Shown piece after piece: positions 24,474 through 37,760 of a stretch of DNA of 64,000 bases. The first letter of the stretch is position 1, and every line of letters begins with the position of its first letter. Under the pieces are notes generated by a model. The model was not told the DNA's origin, made no database searches, and saw only the letters and a list, made by a program, of their open reading frames with translations. Made by a program: the position numbers and the translations under genes. Where the stretch lies: the NCBI GenBank assembly GCA_002269645.1, contig NIVC01000570.1:469665-533664 (forward strand), given 5' to 3'. The stretch is from Macrostomum lignano (Eukaryota).

Positions 24474-24810
24474 AAGACTGCAGACTCAGACTGCAGACTC
24501 AGACTGCAATAGATTGTCAAATAGACTCAGACTGCAGACTCAGACTGCAATAGATTGTCAAATAGACTCAGACTGCAGACTCAGACTGCAATAGATTGTC
24601 AAATAGACTCAGACTGCAGACTCAGACTGCAATAGATTGTCAAATAGACTCAGACTGCAGACTCAGACTGCAATAGATTGTCAAATAGACTCAGACTGCA
24701 GACTCAGACTGCAATAGATTGTCAAATAGACTCAGACTGCAGACTCAGACTGCAATAGATTGTCAAATAGACTCAGACTGCAGACTCAGACTGCAATAGA
24801 TTGTCAAATA
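24474..24810. repeat. 41-bp minisatellite (ACTCAGACTGCAGACTCAGACTGCAATAGATTGTCAAATAG)n
   Basis: About 8 near-perfect copies. Confidence 0.95.
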
Positions 24811-25539
24811 CTATCAAATGCGAGCGCTATTGAAGGAGCACCATGCAGAGGCCTCTGTCTCATGGCTCCTTTCCACAGCTCCCCCCTGCGCTGTCAGGAA
24901 GCCGAGAGAAGAAACAGGAAACGGCAAGCCTCAGCCCCTGCCTCTCCGCACTATCACTCTCTCAAACTCAAATAGCTGTCAGCCTGAGCTCAAAACCCCC
25001 GACTGGCTTTTCCTCTCAATAGCTCAGCATCCTGACTGATGCGGCCAGAGTTCCCCACTCTATATTTTTAGTTGAGTTTTATAGTGGTAATAAAAGTGCG
25101 CCATAGTTGTTGACAAGTGATAATTTGGGCACAATAGTTACAGTGCCAGTGATAAACATTATTGCCAGGCTTTCATTAATATTACAGATTTAATTTGGTA
25201 GAATTTTACTTTACATATTACCTGGCCATAGTTTCAGCTTGAGTACATGGAGCTTTTACCATAGACAAAACTCCTTCGAGAAAAATGAAGCAAATTTCGC
25301 TTGAACTTCCACCTCACTTTTCCCAGTGCCCAGGCTTGGAAAAATGAAACAGTATCGCATCGGGTTGAAAAGCGCAAGTTTAAAAATTGTTCAAACAAAA
25401 AGCGAGACTTTGTGAGGGACTGGGAGGGTAAACAAGTCGAGGCTGGGTGGGAGAAAAGCGCACAACAATCTTGGGTTATTATTTTCAAGACAGGATTACT
25501 CCAGACTGGCTAATAAAGGCCAATACAGATGAGGAGCTG

Positions 25540-27215
25540 TCTGGTTGCTATGTGATGCTTGGTTGCCATGTGATGCTTGGTTGCCATGTGATGCTTGGTT
25601 GCTATGTGATGCTTGGTTGCCATGTGATGCTTGGTTGCTATGTGATGCTTGGTTGTTATGGGATGCTTGGTTGCTATGTGATGCTTGGTTGCTATGTGAT
25701 GCTTGGTTGCTATGTGATGCTTGGTTGCTATGTGATGCTTGGTTGTTATGGGATGCTTGGTTGCCATGTGATGCTTGGTTGCCATGGGATGCTTGGTTGC
25801 TATGTGATGCTTAGTTGCTATGTAATGCTTGGTTGGTTGTCATGTGATGCTTAGTTGCCATGTAATGCTTGGTTGCCATGTGATGCTTGTTTGTCATGTG
25901 ATGCTTGGTTGCCATGTGATGCTTGGTTGCTATGTGATGCTTGGTTGCCATGTGATGCTTGGTTGTTATGGGATGCTTGGTTGCCATGGGATGCTTGGTT
26001 GCCATGTGATGCTTGGTTGCTATGTGATGCTTGGTTGCTATGTGATGCTTGGTTGCTATGTGATGCTTGGTTGCTATGTGATGCTTGGTTGTTATGTGAT
26101 GCTTGGTTGTTATGGGATGCTTGGTTGTTATGGGATGCTTAGTTGCCATGTGATGCTTGGTTGCCATGTGATGCTTGGTTGCCATGTGATGCTTAGTTGC
26201 TATGTGATGCTTGGTTGGTTGTCATGTGATGCTTAGTTGCTATGTGATGCTTGGTTGGTTGTCATGTGATGCTTAGTTGCTATGTGATGCTTGGTTGGTT
26301 GTCATGTGATGCTTAGTTGCCATGTGATGCTTGGTTGTTATGGGATGCTTGGTTGCCATGTGATGCTTGGTTGCTATGTGATGCTTAGTTGCCATGTGAT
26401 GCTTATTTGCTATGTGATGCTTAGTTGCCATGTAATGCTTGGTTGCCATGTGATGCTTGTTTGCCATGTGATGCTTGGTTGCTATGTGATGCTTGGTTGC
26501 CATGTGATGCTTGGTTGCTATGGGATGCTGCTACGTTATGCTTGGTTGCTATGTGATGCTAAGTTGCAATGTGATGCTTGGTTGCTATGTGATGCTTAGT
26601 TGCCATGTGATGCTTGGTTGCCATGTGATGCTAAGTTGCTATGTGATGCTTGGTTGCAATGTGATGCTTGGTTGCTATGTGATGCTTGGTTGCAATGTGA
26701 TGCTTGGTTGCAATGTGATGCTTGGTTGCCATGTGATGCTTGGTTGCCATGTGATGCTTGGTTGCCATGTGATGCTTGGTTGCTATGGGATGCTTGGTTG
26801 CTATGGGATGCTGCTATGTGATGCTTGGTTGCTGTGTGATGCTTAGTTGCCATGTGATGCTTGTTTGCCATGTGATCCTTGGTTGCTATGTGATGCTAAG
26901 TTGCTATGTGATGCTTGGTTGCAATGTGATGCTTGGTTGCCATGTGATGCTTGGTTGCCATGTGATGCTTGGTTGCCATGTGATGCTTGGTTGCCATGTG
27001 ATGCTTGGTTGCCATGTGATGCTAAGTTGCTATGTGATGCTTGGTTGCAATGTGATGCTTGGTTGCCATGTGATGCTTGGTTGCCATGTGATGCTTGGTT
27101 GCTATGGGATGCTTGGTTGCTATGGGATGCTGCTATGTGATGCTTGGTTGCTGTGTGATGCTTAGTTGCCATGTGATGCTTGTTTGCCATGTGATCCTTG
27201 GTTGCTATGTGATGC
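25540..27215. repeat. 18-bp minisatellite (TGTGATGCTTGGTTGCYA)n, ~90 copies
   Basis: Tandem periodicity; explains all CYVMLG / ATKHHM ORFs. Confidence 0.98.
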
Positions 27216-27224
27216 CTGGTCTCA

Positions 27225-27361
27225 AGGCCGGTTCACGTTAAAGTAGTAGTCTGATCTCCGAAGATAGCTAAAATCAATTTTACAACATCCAAAATCAACG
27301 TTTACATTGATTTGAACAATCTTCAGCCCGCGGAGCTACGGTCAGAAATGCGAACCGGCTT
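27225..27361. mobile_element. 137-bp PIF/Harbinger (Tourist)-like MITE
   Basis: TIRs AGGCCGGTTCACGT / ATGCGAACCGGCTT (11 of 14 match, all mismatches transitions); 3-bp direct repeat TCA at 27222-27224 and 27362-27364. Confidence 0.5.
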
Positions 27362-27725
27362 TCAAAAGGGATAGGAATTCTTGAATTGACTTATTAGCAA
27401 AAAATGGTTATTTCTTTCTAGGGGTTTAAAATAACAGGTTTGTCAGTTTTGACGCTTGAAAGAAATGCTACTGTAGACAGGCAAAATCCAAGCAAAACTG
27501 CGGGATCTTCCCATCTCTCAACTGTTAACACACAGCACTCTTGTTTTTCCCGTCTCCAATGGTATTTTTTCAAACAGTTATTCGGAACATTGGTGAGAGT
27601 GGAAAAATATCTCATGGAGTTGCAGTGTCACCGATTTACTACCAGCCGTTCTTGATGGGACACATGGTGAAGGGGGTCTGGGGAGGCGGGAAGAGGGGTC
27701 AGGGGTCAGAGGCCCAGCCGCGGCC

Positions 27726-28160
27726 TCAGTGCCGGCCGTGAGGCAGCTTCACGCACTGCTCCCCACTCGCCGCCACGGGCCTGTAGGCCACCTGCGGCGA
27801 GCCCACAACGCCGATGCCGCCGCCGCCGCCGCCGCCGACCCCGCCGATTCCAGCAGCGCCGGTTCCGTCCCCGCCGCGGAAGCACTGCACAATGCGCCGG
27901 CGCCGATGGAAACAGAACAGGAGCAGCAGGAGGGCCACTGACAGCGGCACGATCACGAAGTAGTAGCTGTGAATCGGCTTTGGGTCCCTGCGATGCGCGT
28001 CTTCGTCCTTGTCGCCGAGCGGAGGCTGCGGCTGCACCGGCTGCGGCCGATTTGTCATCGTCGAGTTGCCCGACGAAGCAGGCGCAGCAGCGACAGCCGC
28101 CAGTGAGGCAGCCAGCCCGACAGCAGTGGCTGTCAGGGCGGCGTGCAGGTGTTGCCGCAT
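27726..28160 (-). CDS. Small single-pass type I membrane protein, 144 aa, no recognised family
   Basis: GC-rich ORF from ATG 28160: signal-like AALTATAVGLAASLAAVAAA, S/T/P/Q-rich ectodomain, TM YYFVIVPLSVALLLLLFCF, basic stop-transfer HRRRR, Gly-rich tail with YRPV. Confidence 0.7.
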   Translation of the reverse strand: MRQHLHAALTATAVGLAASLAAVAAAPASSGNSTMTNRPQPVQPQPPLGDKDEDAHRRDPKPIHSYYFVIVPLSVALLLLLFCFHRRRRIVQCFRGGDGTGAAGIGGVGGGGGGGIGVVGSPQVAYRPVAASGEQCVKLPHGRH

Positions 28161-29329
28161 TGCCCCTTTGCTGTGCTTATTGCTCAACTCGCTCAACCCG
28201 AGCCGGAACAGACTGAGCGGCAAACAGTAGTGAGAAGGCGGCAAAGAGCCGGGAGCCGAGCTTTGAAGGTTAGGGACAAAAAGAATTGCGGGATTGCTGC
28301 TTCTGCTAGAGTGCTGCCCTACTCTTCTCTCTCTGACTGTCTGTTCTGTCTTCCCCCGTTGTGCCCTGCAAGCACTACTTGGAATCCTTAATCCATTTTT
28401 CTCCCCACCCCACATCCTCCGCCGCCTCCCCCTACGCTGGGAAGAGCTTCGGCCAACAACCTTATCCCATCTCGTCTTTACTGCGTTCCCTCTCATCGCT
28501 TCGCTCTTTCCTCCCAAGCCAGTCTCCGGTCGCTCACAGCTCCCATGCAGCTAGCTGCTACTAAAGCGATCGTACACAGGGCCGAGCCGACTATATCGCT
28601 CCAATCGGAGCCTTGAATGATGAAGCTAGCGCTGCTGCTGTTGCAATGGGTGAGGTCTTAGGCAGGGGAACCAAGAAGAGATTGGAAGCCGCACAAACGG
28701 GGCCTTGGCTGGCATCAACAGGGCACTCCGGACAGGGCAGGCGGGGCCGAGTGATCTGAGCTGCCTTGGCCAGAGAGACTATGGCCAAGAATGGAGCTGC
28801 GAGCTGGGAAGAGAATGGGGTCATGCACAGCCGAGGAGGAGAATTGAGTAAAGCTTGTGGTTGCGCTTAGTACTTGTACATGTAAAATGTAAAATGCCCC
28901 ACCTCTCTGGCTAGAGAGGGGAGAGTGATTAAACATTGGAGCTGGGAGTTTGCACTAGGTTTGCTCCAGGCTCTCAGCTCCATCCTCAGCCGATGCCGCT
29001 TCACCAGCCGCAAGCAGAAGCAGGTTTTCTATCAGCGGGACACGTCAAGTCAATGGACCCTTCTAAGAAGGCAAACATTTGCGGAAGCAATGGAACGGTT
29101 CCGTGCCGGTTTTTGAGGAGTCCATCAATCAAGTACTTGTGTAGCATTATTAGTAACAACGTGCAAGGCTGCAATAATACAAACTAATGAATTTCAATTA
29201 ATTGCATCTTCGGAGACGGAGTTTTAGATGAGTGATCGGTGAATTATTTCGTATTTTTTAAATAGCCGTTCTTAAGATTTTAGCAGGAGGAACGAAGGAG
29301 CTTATTAATGCGTTCTCGCTGAGCGTCTC

Positions 29330-30700
29330 ACTAAGCAGATCAAGAAGCTTAACGTGCTCTCAATGAGCATCTCTCTACGCAGATCGAGAAGCTTAACGTG
29401 CTCTCAATGAGCAGCTCTCTACGCAGATCGAGAAGCTTAGCGTGCTCTCAATGAGCAGCTCTCTAAGCAGATCGAGAAGCTTAACGTGCTCTCAATGAGC
29501 AGCTCTCTACGCAGATCGAGAAGCTTAGCGTGCTCTCACTGAGCAGCTCTTTAAGCATCATATTAAGGAGCTTAACGTGCTCTCAATGAGCATCTCTCTA
29601 CGCAGATCGAGAAGCTTAACGTGCTCTCAATGAGCAGCTCTCTACGCAGATCGAGAAGCTTAGCGTGCTCTCAATGAGCAGCTCTCTAAGCAGATCGAGA
29701 AGCTTAACGTGCTCTCAATGAGCAGCTCTCTACGCAGATCGAGAAGCTTAGCGTGCTCTCACTGAGCAGCTCTCTACGCAGATCGAGAAGCTTAACGTGC
29801 TCTCAATGAGCAGCTCTCTACGCAGATCGAGAAGCTTAGCGTGCTCTCAATGAGCAGCTCTCTACGCAGATCGAGAAGCTTAACGTGCTCTCAATGAGCA
29901 GCTCTCTACGCAGATCGAGAAGCTTAACGTGCTCTCAATGAGCAGCTCTCTACGCAGATCGAGAAGCTTAACGTGCTCTCAATGAGCAGCTCTCTACGCA
30001 GATCGAGAAGCTTAACGTGCTCTCAATGAGCAGCTCTCTACGCAGATCGAGAAGCTTAACGTGCTCTCAATGAGCAGCTCTCTACGCAGATCGAGAAGCT
30101 TAACGTGCTCTCAATGAGCAGCTCTCTACGCAGATCGAGAAGCTTAACGTGCTCTCAATGAGCAGCTCTCTACGCAGATCGAGAAGCTTAACGTGCTCTC
30201 AATGAGCAGCTCTCTACGCAGATCGAGAAGCTTAACGTGCTCTCAATGAGCAGCTCTCTACGCAGATCGAGAAGCTTAACGTGCTCTCAATGAGCAGCTC
30301 TCTACGCAGATCGAGAAGCTTAACGTGCTCTCAATGAGCAGCTCTCTACGCAGATCGAGAAGCTTAACGTGCTCTCAATGAGCAGCTCTCTACGCAGATC
30401 GAGAAGCTTAACGTGCTCTCAATGAGCAGCTCTCTACGCAGATCGAGAAGCTTAACGTGCTCTCAATGAGCAGCTCTCTACGCAGATCGAGAAGCTTAAC
30501 GTGCTCTCAATGAGCAGCTCTCTACGCAGATCGAGAAGCTTAACGTGCTCTCAATGAGCAGCTCTCTACGCAGATCGAGAAGCTTAACGTGCTCTCAATG
30601 AGCAACTCTCTACGCAGATCGAGAAGCTTAACGTGCTCTCAATGAGCAGCTCTCTACGCAGATCGAGAAGCTTAACGTGCTCTCAATGAGCAACTCTCTA
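29330..30700. repeat. 44-bp minisatellite (CAGCTCTCTACGCAGATCGAGAAGCTTAACGTGCTCTCAATGAG)n, ~30 copies
   Basis: Highly homogeneous tandem array with diverged units at the left edge. Confidence 0.97.
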
Positions 30701-32019
30701 AGTCCTCTGGAGTGATTCCTGTTGGAAGAAGCACGCGACAGGAGGAAGGCGACACGAATAGTGTATGCACTTTACTTTTCCAAGTCCTACGGTCCATCAA
30801 CTTCGAAAAAGTTGTCGCAGACGGAGGACCGCACCAACGATTCTGTTACAACTAGACGTTGACTGTTACAAGTTAGTTCGCCTACACAGCGGACATCAAC
30901 AAGGCAAGCTAGAATTCTAGTCAGAAAGGGTAAAGAAAGACGGCAAAGCCAGTTGTCCAGCGTCAAAAGCGCACGGTCCGATAGTCCCAACTCTGATCGC
31001 CGGAGTAGCCAAGTTGCAGCCAGGAAAGCAGAGAGGAGGCGGGCAGACAGGCATCGATCTTCGCCTGGGGCCTCCCTCCCTTGCTTGCGTCGCAGTCCGG
31101 TCTCTCAGCACTCACTCAGCGAGAGAGAGAGAGAGAGAAATTCCAAATAAATAGATTTCGGCCAGTCCGGCTTATTTTCCCTAATTTAACTTGCAGTGCC
31201 AAAGAACGCCTGCGAGAGCTAAAGAGTGCTAAAGACAAAAGTCTTAGTCAAGCCACGGAGCTTTAAAAGAGTGCCAGCTAGGAGTGGAAAAGTGGCTAGC
31301 TGGCAATAAATCGACACAGTGAAACTCGAAAAAATCGAATGCCAAAGACCTTTTACTGAAGACCCATTCTTAAGCAAGTTTGTCCAGTCAGTCTACGCAA
31401 ATAAAGGCGACAGTGGTGGTACACCGGCTCACAACTAAATGTGGCTGCGCACGGCATCAAACCAAGGGTCGCGGTCGAAAAGTCCGACGCATCCACTGCA
31501 GAGCTGCTGCGCCCCTTCCCTTTGAGACAAACAGGGAAAAGTGAAATTCACCGCACCCTGTCGCTCATTGATTATGAAAACTGGCTGACAGCAGCTCAAT
31601 ATGAGCTACAATACGCACACATCCTGACAATCAATGAATAAATAATTGTATCCGCTTGATGGCGACAAATTTGAACCGCAAATGCACGCACTGACAGTGT
31701 GAATTCTTGCTTAGTTTATATATTTAAATTATTATCAATATTAGTATTGTAAGTTGATAAACTAGCCAATTTTATAATTATTACCCACAATTGGACCAGT
31801 TTTTATTACTAAATTAAAAAACCGTCTTTGATGTGCTGCTAATAAATACACATAAATGTCCTCGCATGACAGACAGCTAAACTGCATGCAATTCAAATTC
31901 TCAAACAGTAAAGTTTTAAAACTTAGTCGAGCCCGACAAATGATTCGAATTGTGTAAAACTGGCAGAAAGTGAAGTTGGGAAATATAGAGGACCTTGAAC
32001 AAATGAAGAGAAAAATAGA

Positions 32020-32410
32020 TAGGGTGGGAATGAGATGGGAGGGGGTGAGAAGGAGATGGGAGAGAGTGGGAATGAGATGGGAGGGGGTGAGAAGGAGATG
32101 CGAGAGGGAAGGAAGGAGATGGGAGGGGTGGGAATGAGATGGGAGAGGGTGAGGAGATGGGAGGGGTGGGAATGAGGTGGGAGAGGGTGAGAAGGAGATG
32201 GGAGAGGGTGGGAATGAGATGGGAGAGGGTGAGAAGGAGATGGGAGGGGTGGGAATGAGGTGGGAGAGGGTCAGAAGGAGATGGGAGAGGGTGGGAATGA
32301 GGTGGGAGAGGGTGAGAAGGAGATGGGAGGGGTGGGAATGAGGTGGGAGAGGGTGAGAAGGAGATGGGAGAGGGTGGGAATGAGGTGGGAGAGGGTGATA
32401 AGGAGATGGA
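32020..32410. repeat. Purine/G-rich 20-21-bp alternating minisatellite (GGGAGAGGGTGAGAAGGAGAT / GGGAGGGGTGGGAATGAGGT)
   Basis: Direct reading. Confidence 0.9.
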
Positions 32411-32883
32411 AGATGGCGGGAAGAGAGACTATAAAGAGACAGAGCAGCAGAGACGCGCGCATGATGTAACGAAAAAGTAAAAAAAAGCAGTAAACGCACA
32501 CAAAGGTCGCGCTTACAAACGCAAACCCTCATTATACTACTCAGTTAGAATTTAAACGAGGAAAAAACGCAAGTTTAAAAAATACAGAGACAGACCGGCA
32601 GACACGACAGGAATCGGTTTAATACACAAATTTACACGCACAAAGATAGATAGACAGAGTGCCACCGAGACAAGAGAGCATTAATAAGCGGGTGGAGAGG
32701 ATTGCTGCCTAGTGTTAGACCAGATGGAACTAGCAAAGTCTATAGACAACGGGCACAGTGGGAATATAACTTGAATTGAAACTTGGTTATAAATAGCAAT
32801 GGTCGTCGGGAAAGGCCGGGAAAGAGAGCATAAGAGGGTTTTTCAATACATAAACTTGAAAAGTCATATATTAGCTGATTGGT

Positions 32884-35800
32884 TCAGTCCAGCAGCACAA
32901 TGTCAGGCTCCTGGGATGAAGCCCCGTCAACCGATTTTGGTGCCGCCACAATCTCCAGCTCGTCATCGTCGTCAGCCTCGTCGAGCAGCCGGGCTTTCTT
33001 CGCCTCGCCAGATCCGAGCGGCCCGGATTCCACAGCTTCGGAGCGCCGCTTCCGACCGGAAGTAGCCGGCGGCGGCGCTGCGGCGGCGGGGGCGGCTTCG
33101 GCGGTGGCTTGGACCGACTGCAGGTCGCCGACAATTTGAAAATCGACACCGTCGGGCAGTCGCTGCTCGGCGTCGGCCGGATCAGCTGCGGCAATAATGA
33201 TTAGAAGATTGTAGCGCTGGAGAAAGTCGTCGCAGCGGAGCCGGGCGTGGTTGCCGATGCCGAAGCGGGCCAGCGGCTGCGGGTCGTTCGATTCGGTTTC
33301 GCCGGCCTCTGAGCTCACCAGGATGACGCCGCGGCCTTCGATCTCAACGTCGGGTGCCACCATGGCCAGCTCGGCTTTCAGCACCCGGTCGCGGAGGGCG
33401 CCGACAGTCAGGATTGACGGGTCGCAGCGGAGAGTCACCTGGGCGGGGGTGTAGAGGGCAAGAGATTGTGGTGACGCTGAATGTAGTGGATATTGAAGGT
33501 CAGTGCCTGGGAGACAGAGCCTGAAGGTCAGTGCCTAAGTGGACAGAGCCTGAAGGTCAGTGCCTGGGAGACAGGTCTGTGATTTGGAGACAGTGCCTGA
33601 AGGTCAGTGCCTAAATGGACAGAGCCTGAAGGTCAGTGCCTAAATGGACAGAGCCTGAAGGTCAGTGCCTGGGAGACAGGTCTGTGATTTGGAGACAGTG
33701 CCTGAAGGTCAGTGACTGTTGGGACAGTGCCTGAAGGTCAGTGCCTGAGGTTTGAAAGTGAGTGACTGGGAAACAATGCCTGAAGCCCTGAAGGTCAGTG
33801 ATTAGGAGCTTGAATATCTGTGACCAAGCCGAAGGAATGGGAGACAACTTGAATGCATTAAGCTGAAGGAGACTGACAAGGGTGAAATTGCAGCAATAAA
33901 AACAAACCTGAGGCTGCGGTGCGCACACGTAGCACTTTGGGTTGGGCTGCGGCAGAGCGCACGGTATAATAATCCTGCCGCGCGGGTGCAGCTTCTTCTC
34001 GAGGAACACGGACCTGCATTGCTCTGGCCGGCCGTCCAGCACCTTCAAAGCCTCTAGCACAATGAGCCCGGCAATGATGGCGTTGGTGGTGGCGATGGCG
34101 GGGATGATGTTGCCAGCCATGGCCTTGACCGTGAACCGGCTGTTAGCTGTTATGCCGAAGGCGTACGCCCTCAGATTAGCGGCCGAGGCAACAAAGTCCA
34201 TGGCAGCCTGGTCGTCCTTGTCGAATACGAGATAGTCGTCCGCTGAGCTGCGTTCCGCGTAGCGACGCCTGAGCTGATCCACAGCCGAGCGGAACACGTG
34301 GCAGCACTGCGCGGCCGACCAGACCGCGTGGTCCCGCTGGTAGCCGTCCGACTGCGGCGCCGCGTCACCGGATCCGTCCAGCTGTTCGTCGGTCAACGGC
34401 GTCGGAGCTCGCCGCCCGGGGCGCTGCCACAGCACCGACATGGTTAGCAGGTAGCGAATATCATCGGCGAATAGTTTCTTCAATAACCGGCTAGGATCGT
34501 AGCCGGTGGCCTCCGCCCAGCTGCGGGTTGTCTGCTTCTGCGACTGCTGCTCATTAGCTTGGCTGCCATTGGCAACGGCAGGCGTCGTTGACGACGAGGA
34601 CGACAATTCCGGATCCTCGGTGTCCGGCGCGACATCCTGGTCGGGATCGGCTTCACCAAACAGCTGGCTAAACAGGTACTTGGCCCACACCACGCAGTGT
34701 ATCGGCTCGGATGGGGTGTTGCGAATAGTGCAGGCCGGGTAAGACTTCTGCTTCTGCTGCTCTTTGCACTCGTAGCAGGCGGTGACGCCCTTGCGGATGA
34801 CCGTCACCTTGGGTGGGGGGATTAACTTACGCAGTGTACTTTTACTCGAATTAGCAAAGATAGAGAAAAAATATTAGTATTAAACAGTGCAGTATAAAAA
34901 GGAAGCTGAAAATGTAAACAAATCGGGGCGCGGACATGGGCGGAGAAAGATGGAATAGATGGACAGACCGGATGGCATACAAGGTCATGAAGAATTTGCG
35001 GGCAGCGTGGACCGCATGGCTGCTCAGCTACAGTTTGTAGAAACAGGCAGATAGACTGAGGCAATGGAGAGAGGGACAGACAGAAACAAACAGATGCATG
35101 CAGCAGAAAGCCTAAAAGCAGAGAGATAGACGCACAAAGCAACGACGGGAGACCAAACAGACGAAGAACACTGTCAAAGACATACAGACTGAGAGCACAC
35201 TGTCAAACAGAAATACAGATTGAGAGCACACTGTCAAACAGAAATACAGATTGAGAGCAGACTGTCAAACAGAAATACAGATTGAGAGCACACTGTCAAA
35301 CAGAAATACAGATTGAGAGCAGACTGTCAAACAGAAATACAGATTGAGAGCAGACTGTCAAACAGAAATACAGATTGAGAGCACACTGTCAAACAGAAAT
35401 ACAGATTGAGAGCAGACTGTCAAACAGAAATACAGATTGAGAGCAGACTGTCAAACAGAAATACAGATTGAGAGCAGACTGTCAAACAGAAATACAGATT
35501 GAGAGCACACTGTCAAACAGAAATACAGATTGAGAGCAGACTGTCAAACAGAAATACAGATTGAGAGCAGACTGTCAAACAGAACTACAGACTGAGAGCA
35601 GACTGTCAACCAGAAATACAGATTGAGAGCAGACTGTCAAACAGAAATACAGATTGAGAGCACACTGTCAAACAGAAATACAGATTGAGAGCAGACTGTC
35701 AAACAGAAATACAGATTGAGAGCACACTGTCAAACAGAAATACAGATTGAGAGCAGACTGTCAAACAGAAATACAGATTGAGAGCAGACTGTCAAACAGA

Positions 35801-36776
35801 ACTACAGACTGAGAGCAGACTGTCAACCAGAAATACAGATTGAGAGCAGACTGTCAAACAGAAATACAGATTGAGAGCAGACTGTCAAACAGAAATACAG
35901 ATTGAGAGCACACTGTCAAACAGAAATACAGATTGAGAGCAGACTGTCAAACAGAAATACAGATTGAGAGCAGACTGTCAAACAGAACTACAGACTGAGA
36001 GCAGACTGTCAACCAGAACTACAGACTGACAGCAGACTGTCAAACAGACATACAGAATGAAAACAGACTGTCAAACAGACATACAGAATGAACAGACAAA
36101 CAGACTACAGACTAAGAGCTGACTGTCAAACAGACATACAGACTTAGAGCTGACTGTCAAACAGAACTACAGACTGACAGCAGACTGTCAAACAGACATA
36201 CAGAATGAAAACAGACTGTCAAACAGACATACAGACTGAACAGACAAACAGACTACAGACTACGAGTAAGAGCTGACTGTCAAACAGGAATACAGACTGA
36301 GAAAAAGAGACAGGTATCTGGACAGTCACAAACGCCAATAACAAGCGCCTCACCTGTCCCAGGTAACCGGCGGAGCCGCTCTCAACCAGCGGCACATTGG
36401 CGGCCAGACAGAGCCGGTTCACATGATTCCTGGCGGCCCGGTTGTCCAGCGCGATCAGCACGATATCAAAGCCGGAGAAGAAGTCAACGCCGTATTTCTC
36501 CTCTAGAACCGAGTCGTGATAGGCGGTGATGTCGGCATCTCGGCCGTACTTCAGCACGCTCTGCTTCGCAACCAGAGCTTTAGACTGGCCGACATGTTCT
36601 TTGCGGAATAGAAACTGCCGATTCAAATTTGACACATCGATGGTGTCCAAATCGATGATGCTAATCCGGCGAAAGCCGGAGACCACCAGATTTTTTAACA
36701 GCTCGCAGCCGATGCCGCCGGCGCCAACCACCAGCACGCGAGATCCGGATGCCACCTCTCGGGGCGAGCGACGCAT
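32884..36776 (-). CDS. UBA2: SUMO-activating enzyme subunit 2 (UBA2/SAE2), 3 coding exons, ~625 aa
   Basis: Exons 36776-36354, 34807-33908, 33438-32884 (all phase 0). Motifs [34 protein letters not shown], catalytic [44 protein letters not shown] zinc pair, C-terminal ubiquitin-fold domain, GRKRR NLS-like motif. Confidence 0.96.
33490..33800. repeat. ~29-bp minisatellite (CCTGAAGGTCAGTGCCTAAATGGACAGAG)n in UBA2 intron 2
   Basis: Imperfect tandem copies. Confidence 0.88.
35165..36300. repeat. 31-bp minisatellite (CAGACTGTCAAACAGAAATACAGATTGAGAG)n in UBA2 intron 1, ~35 copies
   Basis: Direct reading. Confidence 0.96.
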
Positions 36777-36829
36777 TGCCAGCAGGTTTTTGGCGATTGG
36801 TCGGTTATGGTGCACTCTGTAGATGTGGG

Positions 36830-37760
36830 GCACTGTCTATAGATTCTCTGGATGCGCCTGGGTAACTGTCTATAGATTCTCTGCATGCGTCTGGGTAACT
36901 GTCTATAGATTCTCTGGATGCGTCTGGGTAACTGTCTATAGATTCTCTGGATGCGTCTGGGTAACTGTCTATAGATTCTCTGCATGCGTCTGGGTAACTG
37001 TCTATAGATTCTCTGGATGCGTCTAGGTAACTGTCTATAGATTCTCTGGATGCGTCTGGGTAACTGTCTATAGATTCTCTGGATGCGTCTGGGTAACTGT
37101 CTATAGATTCTCTGGATGCGTCTGGGTAACTGTCTATAGATTCTCTGGATGAGTCTGGGTAACTGTCTATAGATTCTCTGGATGCGTCTAGGTAACTGTC
37201 TATAGATTCTAGATGCGTCTGGGTAACTGTCTATAGATTCTCTAGATGCGCCTGGGTAACTGTCTATAGATTCTCTGCATGCGTCTGGGTAACTGTCTAT
37301 AGATTCTCTGGATGAGTCTGGGTAACTGTCTATAGATTCTCTGGATGCGTCTGGGTAACTGTCTATAGATTCTCTGGATGCGCCTGGGTAACTGTCTATA
37401 GATTCTCTGCATGCGTCTGGGTAACTGTCTATAGATTCTCTGGATGAGTCTGGGTAACTGTCTATAGATTCTCTGGATGCGTCTGAGTAACTGTCTGTAG
37501 ATTCTCTGGATGCGTCTGGGAAACGGTCTATAGATTCTAGATGCGTCTAGGTAACTGTCTATAGATTCTCTCTAGATGTGTCTGGGCAACTGTCTATAGA
37601 TTCCTTCTAGATGCGTGTTAATAACTGTCTATAGATTCTAGATGCGTCTAGGTAACTGTCAATAGATTCTCTGGATCTGAATGGGTAACTGTCTATAGAC
37701 GCTTTAGATCTGGTTGGGTAACTGTCTATAGATTCTCTAGATCTGGCTAGTTGGGTAACT
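36830..37760. repeat. 33-bp minisatellite (CTGTCTATAGATTCTCTGGATGCGTCTGGGTAA)n upstream of the UBA2 start
   Basis: About 28 copies, degenerating toward 37760. Confidence 0.96.

Noticed and set aside
28591-28824. ORF with a signal-like start and CPECPVDASQGPVC, superficially Kazal-like
   Set aside because: Cys spacing is wrong, the remaining Kazal cysteines are absent and no convincing splice donor follows.
29330-30700. Regular arrays as possible CRISPR loci
   Set aside because: Units are directly adjacent with no unique spacers, there are no cas genes, and the context is eukaryotic.
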